DNA of 64,000 nucleotides from Phoronis australis. Its lineage: Eukaryota > Animalia > Phoronida. How positions within the stretch are numbered: the first letter of the stretch is position 1; each line of letters begins with the position of its first letter. Made by a program: the position numbers and the translations under genes. The notes under the pieces are model-generated. The model worked only from the letters and a program-made list of their open reading frames with translations, did no database searches and had not been told where the DNA came from. Where the stretch lies: contig NMRA01000339.1 in the NCBI GenBank assembly GCA_002633005.1, forward strand, positions 430,800-494,799, written 5' to 3'. Positions 12,799-25,622 of the stretch are shown piece by piece.

Positions 12799-15700
12799 AA
12801 TCACAAGTCTACGCCACTTTGTCAAAACAACTTTCGATTTCGTCTACTTACCGTAATATAACGGTCTCACCTTGTTCCCTGATTAGAAACAGTTTCTAGG
12901 CTTGGGAACAACTGACAGTTCGCCATTGCACCAAACCAGTTTCATGAGGNTTGAAGACCCTTATATTCGTGCTACAAACTCGAGTAAAAACCCGAAATTT
13001 CGAGTTAAAACTCGAAGTTGTTGCTTTAATATTGGGTTTACAAACTGTGGACTAAGGGCAATAAATTATCTACGTAAGTCATTGTGCACTCGAGCATAGA
13101 ATAATAGACACTTATCTTGAGTTCGCCCAAAAGTAGAGTAGAGAATGCCAAACCTAATTTTTAGTTCCATTTCGAGTAAAAAGATTGGAGACCGGGCCCA
13201 GAACACGATTTATAGCGTTTTAAGTAGTAAATTAGACTATAACATTACATAGTGTATTTTCTCACATGACTTGGAATGTGTTAAGACACGGCTGTTTAAT
13301 AACACCGAGTACTTAATTTTTTATATTACATAAGCGAATCCCAAAGTAGTGCAAAGTAGAAAGCCACACGACCTGCATTTATCGTCTGCAAAACACCAAC
13401 TAACACAAAAGGTATCACTCATCCAAAGCTTTATCGCAACCACGTGGCGCTGTGTGTAATACCCCGCTTCGCTAACAGGTAGCGCTGCTTGCTAAAAAGC
13501 AATCATGTCACTTAGCTCTCTCAATAGCTCTCCACTTAGCGGTAATCAAACAAGTAGACCGTTTGTCGGCGTTTGTAGACTTGTTGCGATTTTTGTGAAT
13601 TCTGTGTATAATCTTGACTCAACCCAACTGTCCTTTTCAGGACTAAGTATTATTCATTCGTCCCGAAAGTATTTTAGTGTGTTTTAGATTGTAGCAAGGC
13701 TAGGAGAATCCGGTATATTCTTAATGCTTTAAATTGTGAAAAATTGCCGAGAGAATGGCACCCTTATTGCGGGTACCATTTCTGCTTAGTCATCTTTTTG
13801 TGGGGTAGATTTTCTGTAGAAAGTCGGCCAGTTGTGCACTATTTGGGGTTGAAGCCAATGCAGTAGGCCTTTTGCAGGGCCAAAAAGTTAGGGGCCCAAA
13901 ATTGTTGAAAAAGTACAGCCACGCCCGCGGGCACATTGTCAATATAAGTAAACCCTATGAAATACACTGATTCCATGCGTTCGCCTTATTCAGGTGTTTT
14001 GGAAAATTCGTCGAGTTGACACAATAAACCACACATTTTGACTTTAGTTGGTTAAGTCAAATGAAATAAAATTCATTTTCCGGCTTTTCTGATACTGCTG
14101 TGTTGCGACAAAAAATATACCCAACGAGGCTTTTGAACGGTCTACTCGTTATTTTTTTGCACATTTCTGTACGTTGTTGTATATATTTGTTTATGTACCT
14201 GTCTTTTGTAATAAACGTATGAACTGTAAAAAACCGAAAACATACCCAGCGAGGGTTTTGAATGGTCTGCCCTAAAAATGCTAGACTGGTAGCCCACAAC
14301 ACTTAGGATCTGACCACGGGAGGATTTAAAGTCCAACTCAGTGTGCCCAGAAATGGACGTCTGCCGTTGTCTGCACTCTGGGTGTGACCCCTGGGGGCCT
14401 TAAAAAGGGCCCACAAATGAACTAGACTAGATTTTCGAGGTACCGGCCAAAACTGATTTAAAACGAACAATAGTACCGCATTGAAAATTGAATGACCCAT
14501 GACAAACTGCACTCTGGAATGGGTCTGGCAGAAACCAAAAAAGACCCCCAGAAAATGAGCTAGCATATACATGTACATGTACATGTATATTCGAGGTACC
14601 ACAAAAAACAATTACATGAGATTCAATACATGTCACAGCCTATTGACTCAGCGTATAGTAACTTACTGCCAGTTGGTTGGCACCTCCTCTACTGGACAAA
14701 CGTAATAAAGCAAGAGAACATCGAAAATTGACTACTAATACTCAAAGAGATTGGTTTAAATTAAACATTCCGTACATTTCAAAGGAGTGCTTTAAGAAAG
14801 GATTGTCTGCGATAATGTTATTAAATGTTTGTGTTGCTTATTGACTTGAAAGTTCTGGATAGAGTACAAATGTACTGAGGGCTACCCTGAAATACCTCAA
14901 TTTTACTCAGGATTTGAAGGACTTTTGTGTCTTAATAGAAACATGCTATTTATTTAATTTCTGCATCTTTTCTGAATATGAACGGGAATGCAGTAAGCCC
15001 CGAAAGCAGCATGCCGTTGACTTTTGTTTTCTTTTACCGTAGCTGGGGAGGCTGTCGTCGCCCTACCCCTTTACCAATCCAAACCCGTCTGTAGTAGATG
15101 AATGCGTTAAACTCCACGACACACTAATGTGGCTTCGACAGGTTTCGCACACTGGCCGGTGACACCACTGGACTACACACTGGGTGTTTTGTGAATAAAA
15201 TTTAAGATTTTTACTTGTCCTATGCCTGCGTTGAATTATACGGCTGGAAATCTTGGTTGATGGAAGAAGGAAACAGCGCACGTACATGTACAGTGTATTT
15301 ACTTATTGCTTTCTCCCGCTGTTTAACATTCCAGCTCACCGACCAAGCTGTGGCTGCTGTGTTGCTGCCGTGGTTCACCTCTCGCCTTCCACGCGGTGCG
15401 TACATGTACATGTACGTGATCGATCTCAGGCTGGCCAAACTCGAACTTCGCGCACTTTAAGTTTCGCTGATACATGATATGTGAACATAGTGGTTACACT
15501 ATGTAACATCTTGACTTACGATTTTTGAAAATAAAACTCAAATATTCGCTGTACCAAGGCCGGTGACTTAGCTAGTTACAGACGATTAAATTATTGATTG
15601 CCATTTATCTAGTTCATTTCCAGCACTGACCTACCAGAGCCGCGGGGTGGCCGGGGGTTCCCGAGCTGAGTGATCTCAGAAAATCAGCCGCACTCAATCC

Positions 15701-15949
15701 ACTCATGATCGGTAAATGGCGCTGCTTTAAGCCTGGCAAATGGTAATGTACATGTAGCCGACCTTAATTTCAGCGAGTACTGAATGTTCAGCAGACAGCT
15801 TCAGTTGTTATAAAAAACAATAGAATGTGTTCGTTTCAGAGACAATAATCTCAAAGACGTTTATTCCATCCAAAGGTTAATTCCCAAAAATGCGTTTCTC
15901 AGCGGTAAAACCTGGCAGATAGGGGCCTGCGACGTCCCGCCAGAAAGCG

Positions 15950-16263
15950 CTCAGAGGGAGGCGATGGCGTACTGGATCTGCGTAGGACTGTGTGTAGACA
16001 CAATGCTCAGAGAAATTTGTAGTGTATGATGATGATTTTGTAAGAAAACTCTCAGGGTCGCAAAATTGATTAATTTTATTCCATTAATATGATTAAACAA
16101 TCCATGATAATTTTGTGGCTGCTTATGCCAATTGACGTCGTATGGAGGTCGCAAGGTATTGTTTAACTTGCGACATCCATGTCACGTGCGTAAGTGCTTT
16201 GATGAGTCGATTTGTGACTAGGTTACTGACATTTTTGCCGTCCTTGGAAAGACTCTGTGGAAT
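15950..16263 (-). other. EPDR-A terminal exon after the stop codon (3' UTR or readthrough extension); 3' end approximate
   Basis: Acceptor ctttttcctttgcag ends at 16264. The paralogous acceptor in copy B (tttttccattgcag, exon starts 40571) is conserved, as is the donor CC|gtaagt after the stop. Confidence 0.6.
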
Positions 16264-16823
16264 CTGCAAAGGAAAAAGGTATCACTGAGCAGGGGTGTGG
16301 TGCAGTAGCGAAGTCATTCCTTTTGAATGATGGCTCAGTGTTCAGTTGATGTTATCAGCTGCCACGCTCGAAATTCTATTGGAAAACTGATGAACTGCGT
16401 GTTACGCTTCGTCTAAACTTGCAATTTTGTACTCGAATCACTAGGCATGGTTACGTGATCTTTCCAGTGCACAGTAAAAAGTTCATCATAAAACGCGGCT
16501 TTTCGTGAATTAAATGCAGTTACATTCACGCATTTCGACTCGAGTGAAGTCTGGTTCCGTAAACAGTCAACTTTATGTCAATTACAACGTTCGTGGCTTG
16601 TTCAAATTCAGCGTCGAGTTGGCGCGTCCACCAGATGGGGATCATTAATTTTTTAGTTAGGTGAGCCGGACAGAGTATTAGCCAGGATTTTTCCGTCAGA
16701 CATAACAAATGGAATCTGGAAGAAAGTTGACCATGGCCCCCTTGCCCCACCCCCCTCTTAAATCCGCCACTGCCCATGACCTCCTTGTTCGACCAGGCTT
16801 AAGGCATTTGATAAAACTTACGG

Positions 16824-16924
16824 CTAGTTGCATTCGGGTGGAATCTCTAACACGCTTGGGTCCGGGATACCAAGAGTGGCGTTGATAAAGGCAGTGGAAA
16901 CCATCATGTATGTGGTTTTAGCGC
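16824..16924 (-). CDS. EPDR: EPDR-A coding exon 5
   Basis: AKTTYMMVSTAFINATLGIPDPSVLEIPPECN*, TAG at 16826-16824. Confidence 0.9.
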
Positions 16925-19900
16925 CTGAAATATACAACAGTGGTGGGCTGTAAGTGTGAGGCGAGTACAGTTATGCTCCAGTAATGTCCGAGAGGTGTCA
17001 CTAGGATTGCCTTGTGTTAGAAATGACTTGAGTGGTGTGGTTGGGACGAGGAAATAAAAGTAAAAGTGAAAGTAATTGCAAATTAATTTGGAGATCATAA
17101 CTTTAAACATTTTTAAAAGCTATTCCACGGAGTAAAGCCAACTTCCTGGGCATAAAAAATCACTACCAATGGTCTAGCGCTCCATACTCGTCCTTGACTT
17201 GTTCAATTTGACGTAAGTCATACAGGAGCATCCTCATTGCTGCTGATCGGATTCACATAAAACTTTCAGATACGTGTTTTATTTTTCAGTGTAAAAATGA
17301 CGAATTGATTAAGAATTGGAAACTGGCGTTTACGACCACTAACAGGAGTGGTAGGGCCCGAGGAGATGTTATCATCTTGTTTAAATGTAGGTCAAACAAT
17401 TCATTGTTTTTCAAGGCGAACAAGTAGCCTACATGTACATGTACTTATAGGCGATTGACGGGCGCAAGTGAACGTAGGATATGCAACTTTCCCAAAGTAA
17501 TGACGTACTAATCGTAATATCTCCAGTAGCTACAGACGTCATAGGGATGCAAGTTTTGGTGTCAAGAGTCAAAAAGGTCTGCATTGTGCCGTTATAGCCC
17601 TCTGAAGGTGGAACTGACATCGTTAAGCAATCGGTCATCGTAGAACCCATCATGAACGTACCGCAATAGTTCATACCTGAAAAGGTTAAAAAGAATATGA
17701 CAAGGAAAAGAATGGGGATTTTCAATACTGGTGTAAATTAATATGGTGATTGAATATATTATGCTAAAATGTTCAATTTAAACTCGGAAAAATAAGTTCA
17801 TTCCTTGCTTACTGGATGGGAACGCTGGCAGAGGGGTTTTGTAGCACACTCCATTTGTTACGGTGTATGTAATTTGCTGAAAATAAAAACAACGGACGTC
17901 AATTAAAAAGATATACTGGAACAGGCATAAATACAAAGCTACAAGTTATCAGATTTTTTCAAATGACCGGACTTCGTTTTCTGGCTTCATCGTCTTGCCC
18001 ATCACAGGGATATCTTCAATCCAAGAAAACGTACCACCAACGTTGAGTTTAGTACTCAGCTGTTTTCCATAATGAACGAGTCAATTAATGACAAATAGCC
18101 AAAACATGAGCAACAGAAATAGATTAAAACTGCGTCATTTTCAAGATAGCCGCCACGACGTTTCGAAATCACTAAAAATAGATATAACGTTTTCAATAAT
18201 TGTGATGGAGACATAATTTTTGGTTCTAGGCTATGGTTTTAAGGGGTAAACAACTCACTGGTGTGGTTAAAATTCAGATACGACCATAATTAGATATTAA
18301 ATTCAAGATGGCAACTAAAATTCAAGAACGAAAAGTCGCAGGTTTGTCCATTATTTAATGTCTTCCGCTATAACGAAAATATGATTAAATTCGACTGGTT
18401 TCTGATTGAATGGTCTTAAAATATTTAGATTTGACTGAATTCTGACTGAATTCTGACTGAATTACTTTAAAATATGGACATTGCATTAATATTTAAGCTG
18501 TCAAATATTTAGTCTAATGCATTGGCCTGCAGTGCATATGAAACGGTCATTAAAATTGTCTTACTAGTGTATATTTGTTTGACCCTGGTTTTTATTTTAA
18601 AAATTCACACAAGGAAACTAGAAGCCCAGAGCAACATGTCAACATATCCGTCTGAAGTGCCCCACAATTGTACAGATCATCGACAATCTTGAGAAGAATT
18701 CTGAACTGAGTACACAATCCAAAACGAGTCAGCTGTGGCTGGGCTGAAGATGCTTCATACTGCTCAGGCAATGATCAAGGTAGATCGCACTCGGTCTTGG
18801 ACAGAGTCGATTTGGTTTTTTTGGTAGTACCAAGAAGATGTTCCTGCAACAACACAGGGATAACAAAGAAAGGAGGTAGAGGCGCTATCCATACATGCAT
18901 ATGGTTTGTTGCGCGGTGAGCGACTTTGCTCTTTAGTAAGAAAATAAGATGTGCTCCCTATTAAAAACACCGAATCTCTGTACTGTTTCAGGTTCACAGA
19001 TTACAAACATCTGCCCAAGAATCCTTTCAAAATGGGGACTATTACAAGTGTACGCTGGAAAATGTTTTTTCATGGGCAATCATTACAAATGGTCCCGTTT
19101 TTTACTTTATTCTCTAAATTGATTGGTAGTCTGGTGTTCTATACATGTAGCTGCACCCTACTCAAAATATAATCGATTACCTTCGGGTATCGGACACTTT
19201 TTTCAAATGGTACATAACCCAGTATATACTATAATTTAATAACACACCCAGACCTTCCATTTCTTCTCACAAATCCTAATATGTTCAAACCTAACCAAAA
19301 TATAACTTTTTACAATTTCCTTAATACAGTCACTTCAGACATCTTGTAAACATAAAAATAAGTGGTCATCTGAGATAGATATAAACGGTGTTATAAATAA
19401 TGTAGATTTTAGTGAATCTGATAAATGGTGGAGAAAAGTAAATAAAGTCCCCTTCATTTGTACAAAAGATACAAAATTGCGTTGGTTTCAATATCTCTTA
19501 ATTCACAGAATATTACCAACTAATAATTATTCACATAAAATTGAAATAAAAACTAGTGATCTATGCTCTTTCTGTGGTGAACACAGTGAAACTGTTCTCC
19601 ATCTGTTTTGGGAATGTCGTCTTGTCTCCGGTTTCTGGCTCCTGTTTGCTGATTGGTTAAAACAAACATATCATGTAAATTTTCATGTGGACAAGATATC
19701 AGTGTTTTGTTTTTTTGGGAAACATTCAGTCGGAGAATTGTAACATTAATCTGTTAATCATGCTAGAAAAAATTACATATTTAGCCAAAAGTTTGTTAAA
19801 AAACCCCTTAATTTCTAATTGTTCATTAACTTTATAAAATTACATCCTGAAGGAAATACGGTACCAGTTGACTAATGATTTAATTTTATTCTTTGTAAAC

Positions 19901-22900
19901 GATGTATACTGTATTGTTTAATGTGACATGTAATTATCATGCGAGAGCAAAATAAAACAAATTTTACAATTTGATTTCTATTTGTATAACTTCACTTCCA
20001 ACGAAAACGACAACCGTAGTGATAGCTGACGCTTAAATTATGAGAGCACTTAGTGTTTTTTTTAATTAATAGTAACAGAAGTCAACCGCAAACTTTGTTG
20101 AATGTCAGTACGAAATTTTTATATTTTAGTGACATCTTTCGATTGACGAAACTTTTCACGTGCTCTAAATTAGTGAAGAAAATATCTTTAAAAGGGTTTC
20201 CAAGAGAAGTTTGAAATATAGTGGTGAGTGGTGTACTAAATTGCGAGAGATCATTTTTGAGGAAAACATTTTCACCTACAGCGTTTCTATAGGGATGGTT
20301 AGCATACCTACCACAATGGGATATCTGACTTCGATTTTTAAATCATGAATTTTAAGCTTCTTGTACGTATGCTTCAGATTTGATCAACGTGGCAACGCAA
20401 ATAGTCTAATACAGCGAATTATCAAACCTATCGATATGGCAGATCGGACGTCGGAGTCCGCTGTTCCAAAAAAACATCTGCGTTTTTCCACAATAGAAAG
20501 ATTCATGATTCGCTCACATTCAATTGAGAAAGACAAAGGAAGTTGTAATCATAACTGCCAAAGGACGACGTTTCTTTATAGTCACCTTTTTAAAATCAGC
20601 AAGAAACCTCTGTTTGTATGAGATAGTGCCAATACTTAACGTTTGTGATCCACCTTGAAGCATCTTCTCCACGTCGAAGGCCATGGCCCCATTAACCTGG
20701 AAGAGTGCAAAGCAATATTCAAATCGCGTTTGTTAGCAAGCTGCATTAGTAGACTTGCTCTTTCACGAACCATGGGAGTGTTATAAATATACATTTTTTA
20801 CATTTATTGCGCAGATAATAATACAAAGCCAGTCTAAGGTTGGGCGCCTCAGATCTGACTTTAACAAAAGCATATAACATTATAATATTGACCTAAAAAT
20901 TTATCTGGCAACAAAATGCACCTGAAACGGGGAATGGGGTCCGGGGAAGGACTTTCATGCGCCATCCATACACACACTGGCGCTGTACTGAAATGATGTT
21001 TGATGAAATTATGTACTAAATAAATATAACGTATGAAACCAATAATAACAGTAGAACTTTGTTCATTTCTAGAATAATAATTAAAAGCATGCGTGCAGAC
21101 GTCTCCATTTATCCACATTTGTGTCCAAGGTACATTTTTTATTAAAATTGCGTAAAAGTTTGTAACTTCAACTTGAAATCGTTAAAAAGTAGAGGCTTTT
21201 CTACTTTTGTTGTCCGATAAATGAAGTAAAGTGCCAGTGTATTAATGGTATTGCAAACTCATTTGTGGTTTTGGTTAAAGTTTTGAAATCTGACATGTCC
21301 CAAATCATGAACATGAACTGAGCTTGCACTGATTCCCAGAAAGTCTTGACACAGGTGCAATAACAAAACGTATGAAGTAAAGTCTGGGAGTGTTATATGT
21401 TTGTGAAAGAAGTGTGTGACTTAGAAAGAACTCCAACTCATAAGTAAGTAACTATTCAGCCAGTGAGAAACTAGCTTTGTTTCAGATTATGACCGCCGTA
21501 ACTGAGAACGACCAACTACTTTTTTGAAGCTCACTTAAACATAAATAGTCATACGGGTGGAAGAAACTCGAAGATATAGATATTGATCTCTTTTGTTCAC
21601 GTTATGACAAACTCCGAAAGTACGGCAACATATTCTGCTTAATGTATCAACAAAATTGCAAGCTAATTACATGTCTTAAAGTTAATATTTGGTCAAAAAT
21701 GCAGCATACTGCGACGATGTGAATTAATAAACTGCCACCGAAGTTGCCAAACGTTTTTTAAGAACGAGTTTTATGGAGAAAATGATCGTCGCATATCGCG
21801 TGATCGAGTCTGGAGAGACTTGTTACTAGGAACAAAACTGCCTATGCTAGGTACATCATTAGTGCAAATATGATCTGTTTGCAATTTTTTCACATAAAAT
21901 TACAGGTTTAGACGTAAAAGATATTGTTGATTTACATGGTTATTTTATGAACAATGCTGGTATTTAATTTTGCACACAATAATGTGTCATAATATTTGGA
22001 ATGAGCCAATGAGAGCCTGCATTAGATATGACTTTGTTAATGCCTTTGGCTGAACAGAGGCACAATGTAAATTTACCCAGAAAATAGGTTCAAGTTTTAC
22101 GCAACCCAGCCTTGTTGTGTGTCAGAATAAATATTGATTAAGTAATTAGTAAGATTAGATCCATTTTACATGTAAGTTACCCAAAATTTGTGCATATGTA
22201 CTTTGAAATCATGGGGTCAGACTTGTTGACATGTATTTTAACGTCAAAATCTATTTTTAGATGGTGTTTACAACTTTGGGTTCTGGGGTCAAAGTACTCT
22301 AGAGATTCTAGAATATTCTGAGAACAAATTGTAACAGCCAATAATATGAGTGGATATGATCATGTGGTTTTTATTAGCCAATCACTAAATAAGTAGAATG
22401 TTATATTGTGGGCTGAAATCAACAAGATAATTAGATGTGCTATAGTAGTTGAAGCATAAGGACTTACTACAGTGTACAGAAGCAATTGTACGACAGAGCC
22501 ATCTCGTGGAAGATTCTAGAAAGGATCTTGGCAAGGGCAAGGGTTAACGAACAGGAAGTTAACTAAGAGCTTGTCACTTGCATTGTGGGTAGCAAGGTAC
22601 TACCTGAAGTGTTGCGTCATCAGCCAGAGACTGTGACCAGCAAGAAGATTCGCGGGTAGAAGAAATTGCCTGCAAGTGTTGCATCACCAGAGACTGTGAC
22701 CAGCAAGTACACTGTCGCTATACAATGTGTGTGCAGTTCTAAGATTCACCAACAGGACAGACATCCAACAAGTGGCGAGTCCTAGCTTGGATAGCAGATA
22801 AGACATTTGATCGTTTTCGTTGTTTGATTAAAGTAATCTTTAAAGAGGGCGCTAGCGTAGTTACTCTTTGTAGTTGATTACTTAATTAACAATAGGTTTC

Positions 22901-23589
22901 ATTTGTCTAATTAGGGGTTATCATATAATAAATTAATTACTGGATTTGAATATTCACTCTCCATCTACGCACAATCTCAATGCATAGCTACCTTTTAAAC
23001 ACACCCACAGTCAATCGTCTGACATTGTGGCAGTAGCAAACTTCGAACTAGAAGATCTCGGGATCGAATCATGACGAGTTCTGCTTTACACTACACACTA
23101 ATTGAAGCATTTTAAGCATTCAAATTGTATTACCATAGCAGCGGTCAGTATGGAGAATTTATTTATTGAATCCGAAATTTCGTTGCGTTTATTCTCTCAA
23201 AATCAGTCGACATTTAGTCCTATAATGCTGTTTACTATAAGTTTCTAGGTAGCATATATGTAGTTATGAGAACATCTTTAAAGCTGCTTGTCGTGACTTG
23301 AATAATAAGAATACTGTAGGATACAGTTGTTGATATATCATAGACGCATGCATAGTCTAGATATCATTGAAATTCTGGTAATTCCTTGTTATGCGCATCA
23401 TAGATCCCTTCCGGTTCAAAAAGGACTGTCCAAGACATTGAAACTTACCAAGAAGTTCTGGACAACACCGTCAGTAACCTGGCCAATAATTACGCTGTGT
23501 GAACCGGCATATTGCTTTGCCGGCATCTTGCAGGTTTGAGCCTTGAGCAACGTGGCTGCCACCAAGAGAACCGCAATTGTCTTGAGCAT
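16824..23589 (-). CDS. EPDR: Ependymin-related protein copy A, complement(join(16824..16924,17509..17676,17813..17876,20586..20696,23449..23589)), 194 aa, secreted
   Basis: Five GT-AG exons with matching phases (0,0,1,1), 585 nt. Signal peptide MLKTIAVLLVAATLLKA, C20-x2-P, CYKTPL, TCIP and C-terminal FINATLGIPDPSVLEIPPEC match the ependymin signature F-x-N-x3-GI-x-DPSV-x3-P-x2-C. Sequons NGT and NAT. Confidence 0.9.
17509..17676 (-). CDS. EPDR: EPDR-A coding exon 4
   Basis: 168 nt, MNYCGTF...KTCIPMTSVATGDITI, donor gtacgt. Confidence 0.88.
17813..17876 (-). CDS. EPDR: EPDR-A coding exon 3
   Basis: 64 nt, QITYTVTNGVCYKTPLPAFPS, tttcag/gtaagc. Confidence 0.85.
19319..19961 (+). mobile_element. 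5'-truncated L1/Tx1-clade LINE in EPDR-A intron 2
   Basis: zf-RVT motif RWFQY..IHRILPTN..CSFCGEHSETVLHLFWEC, A-rich tail, 11-bp TSD ttttacaattt (19308-19318, 19962-19972). Absent from the paralogous intron of copy B (~45780). Confidence 0.85.
20586..20696 (-). CDS. EPDR: EPDR-A coding exon 2
   Basis: 111 nt, VNGAMAFDVEK...FLADFKK. Confidence 0.88.
20786..21384 (-). mobile_element. 5'-truncated L1/Tx1-like LINE (different family) in EPDR-A intron 1
   Basis: 13-bp TSD tgggagtgttata (20773-20785, 21385-21397). The minus strand begins QTLLHTFCYCTCVKTFW (second half of zf-RVT) and ends aataaa plus an A-rich tail. Empty site in copy C at ~350-365. Confidence 0.8.
22120..23024 (+). mobile_element. 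Solo LTR (905 bp) in EPDR-A intron 1
   Basis: Ends TGTCAGA...TCTGACA, 5-bp TSD ttgtg (22115-22119, 23025-23029), AATAAA ~100 bp before the right end, internal direct repeat ccagagactgtgaccagcaag. Absent from copy B (~48340). Confidence 0.85.
23449..23589 (-). CDS. EPDR: EPDR-A coding exon 1 (signal peptide)
   Basis: ttttccag|ATG, 141 nt, donor gtaagt. Confidence 0.88.
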
Positions 23590-23904
23590 CTGGAAAAGCA
23601 AGATTTATCGATAAATTCAGCATCCATTGTGGTGAACTTACAACCGAATGTATTGCACATTGCCTAGACACGTACATGTAGAGTAATATGCCCTTACTAA
23701 CGGTACGGACATTGTAGTAATTACAGTCGATGAATACCGTCCGCTCAGAACATTTCGGGTTTTTGGTAGCCTCAGTTATCCCCTCGAAGGTGAGTGTTAT
23801 CTTATCAGTGCAAACGTAAACATAAAAGTCAATCCATTTTAAAATTCACATGGAATTTGCTGTATAGCATTTTAAAACCTGTCGATTAGACCACGTTATC
23901 CTAC

Positions 23905-23985
23905 CTTTCCTAAGTCCCGTGAAAGTACGTGATATGAAGAAATAATGCTGAATGAATATATTGCTAACTAAACGCAACTATTATA
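23905..23985 (-). promoter_or_regulatory. Candidate EPDR-A core promoter and 49-nt non-coding first exon
   Basis: TATAATA (23985-23979), Inr-like TCATTC with its A at 23953 (32 nt downstream), donor AAG|gtagga at 23904. Same layout in copy B. The ATG directly follows an acceptor, so an upstream exon is expected. Confidence 0.45.
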
Positions 23986-24387
23986 GGTTACATGTGACTA
24001 ATCGATTTCGCAAGTTGACATAAAACTAACATCACGATAAGAATGTTTACGCATTGGCCATCAACGCGTGGGTTCAAGGGCCTGTCAGTGTGACCTGAGT
24101 GGCGGCTGATATCCTTTGACCCAATTTTGCTCCCTAAAGTACATACAACACAAGAAACGAACTATTCCTGACTCACTGATTTTCGAAGAGATTTCACTAC
24201 TACTGTAATTAATGCCTTCAAGTCTAGTGGCGATTCTTATTTCTTTCGTCTGCTCATCGAACTCTACAAGCCGCCAGAATGCCAACTCCAGAACGCGGGA
24301 TCTTCACTGACGTATTCTATTATAAGAGCCTGCTACCGAGGAGTGTACATACAAGCTGCGACCCCGAGACTAGCCACGAGAATAACA

Positions 24388-25208
24388 CTGAGGGACAAAG
24401 CCATTTGTGACGGACGTACAGTCAGAGAACATTTTGATCAATTGCGTAAAAAATATTCATCCTTAGAAAATAATGAATTCATCAATTGATAGGTCTCTAT
24501 GATAGCTTTCAAAGCATGTATCAGTAAAAAATTACTAAAATCTGTTACAACTTCTTCACTTAATTTTAAAGCTGCCTTTGTAATATTGTATTGTTTTAAG
24601 GTTGTTAGGGGTGAGATACATTTTATCAATAAAAATATGACTTAAAGTTATTTTTATTGGCTGAAACTTGCAATTTTTAGTCATGGGTGTGATGGACGTA
24701 CGTGACGGACTTATAAATTCTCTGTACGTCTGTCACGCAATTTCTGACTAAACGAATAACCCCAGGAATCCAAAATTTTGGTCAGTAGTATTGAGTCATA
24801 AGTCAAAAGAGCATCTGAAAGTATTTTTATTTTGATTAAAAACTTTTAACGTAACTAAACTTTTGAACACTTTTTGTGATGGACGTACGGCACCATGATA
24901 TCCAGGATTTGACCTTTGACCCCAAGAGGTCAGAGATGTGCCAAAGTTGAAATGTTATTTTTTATAAAATTTGGGGTTATGTGAGGGCACAAATTTGATA
25001 GTATAGTGAAAATTCTATAATTAGCTTTTCATGACAAAGAAAATCGAGGTAATTTCTAGGGTCAAGTGACCCCAAAATGGGTCCATTTAGGCACAAAAAT
25101 TGAAAGTTATAGGACAGTCAAACATACATGTAGGTCCTGAAGCTGAAGAGAATGGGCTTTCAGATGAGACCAGAAATGTTGGTGTCGACACAATTTCATT
25201 TTTTTTTG
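24388..25208. mobile_element. DNA transposon end fragment with subterminal repeats (superfamily uncertain, possibly Sola-like)
   Basis: Interrupts sequence that is contiguous in paralogs (29270-29410, 49690-49850). Repeated motif tgtga(c/t)ggacgtac at ~24406, 24688, 24875 and inverted at ~24725. Confidence 0.5.
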
Positions 25209-25520
25209 TCAGGGGTTTCTCGGCAAATTTAGTCAACAAACCCGACAATTAACATTGGCCATAAACACCGACCTGTAGCCAGATGGATGTCGCTAGAGTA
25301 GTTTGGCCTACCTGATATATTTTCAGCTCCAGTCGTAGAACTATTTTCGACAATCTATCAAAACACATGCAAAAGTATTTCAACAAGACAAAGTGGGTGT
25401 TAGAATAATGTTACAGTATGTTATGGAAAGAAGTTACATTTGTCCTAAACGAAATGCTTGTTTACACGTACATGTACATGTACGTGACTTTCGAAAAATT
25501 ATAAATAACTGCTTAGCAAA

Positions 25521-25548
25521 GTGTGTGTGTGCGTGCGTGCGTGCGTGC

Positions 25549-25595
<47 letters not shown>

Positions 25596-25622
25596 CCTGT
25601 GTGTGTGCCTGTGTGTGTGTGT
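25521..25622. repeat. Compound (GT)n/(GCGT)n microsatellite
   Basis: Directly visible. Shorter paralogous tracts at ~54869 and ~56242. Confidence 0.95.

Noticed and set aside
12168-12825. Overlapping ORFs 12168..12575 (+) and 12466..12825 (-)
   Set aside because: Shadow frames of TMEM26 exon 3 with no recognisable features.
12890-13200. Possible Harbinger-type MITE ending ...gagaccgggcccaga
   Set aside because: The left end is unresolved because of the N gap at 12950, and no TIR pair or TSD could be shown.
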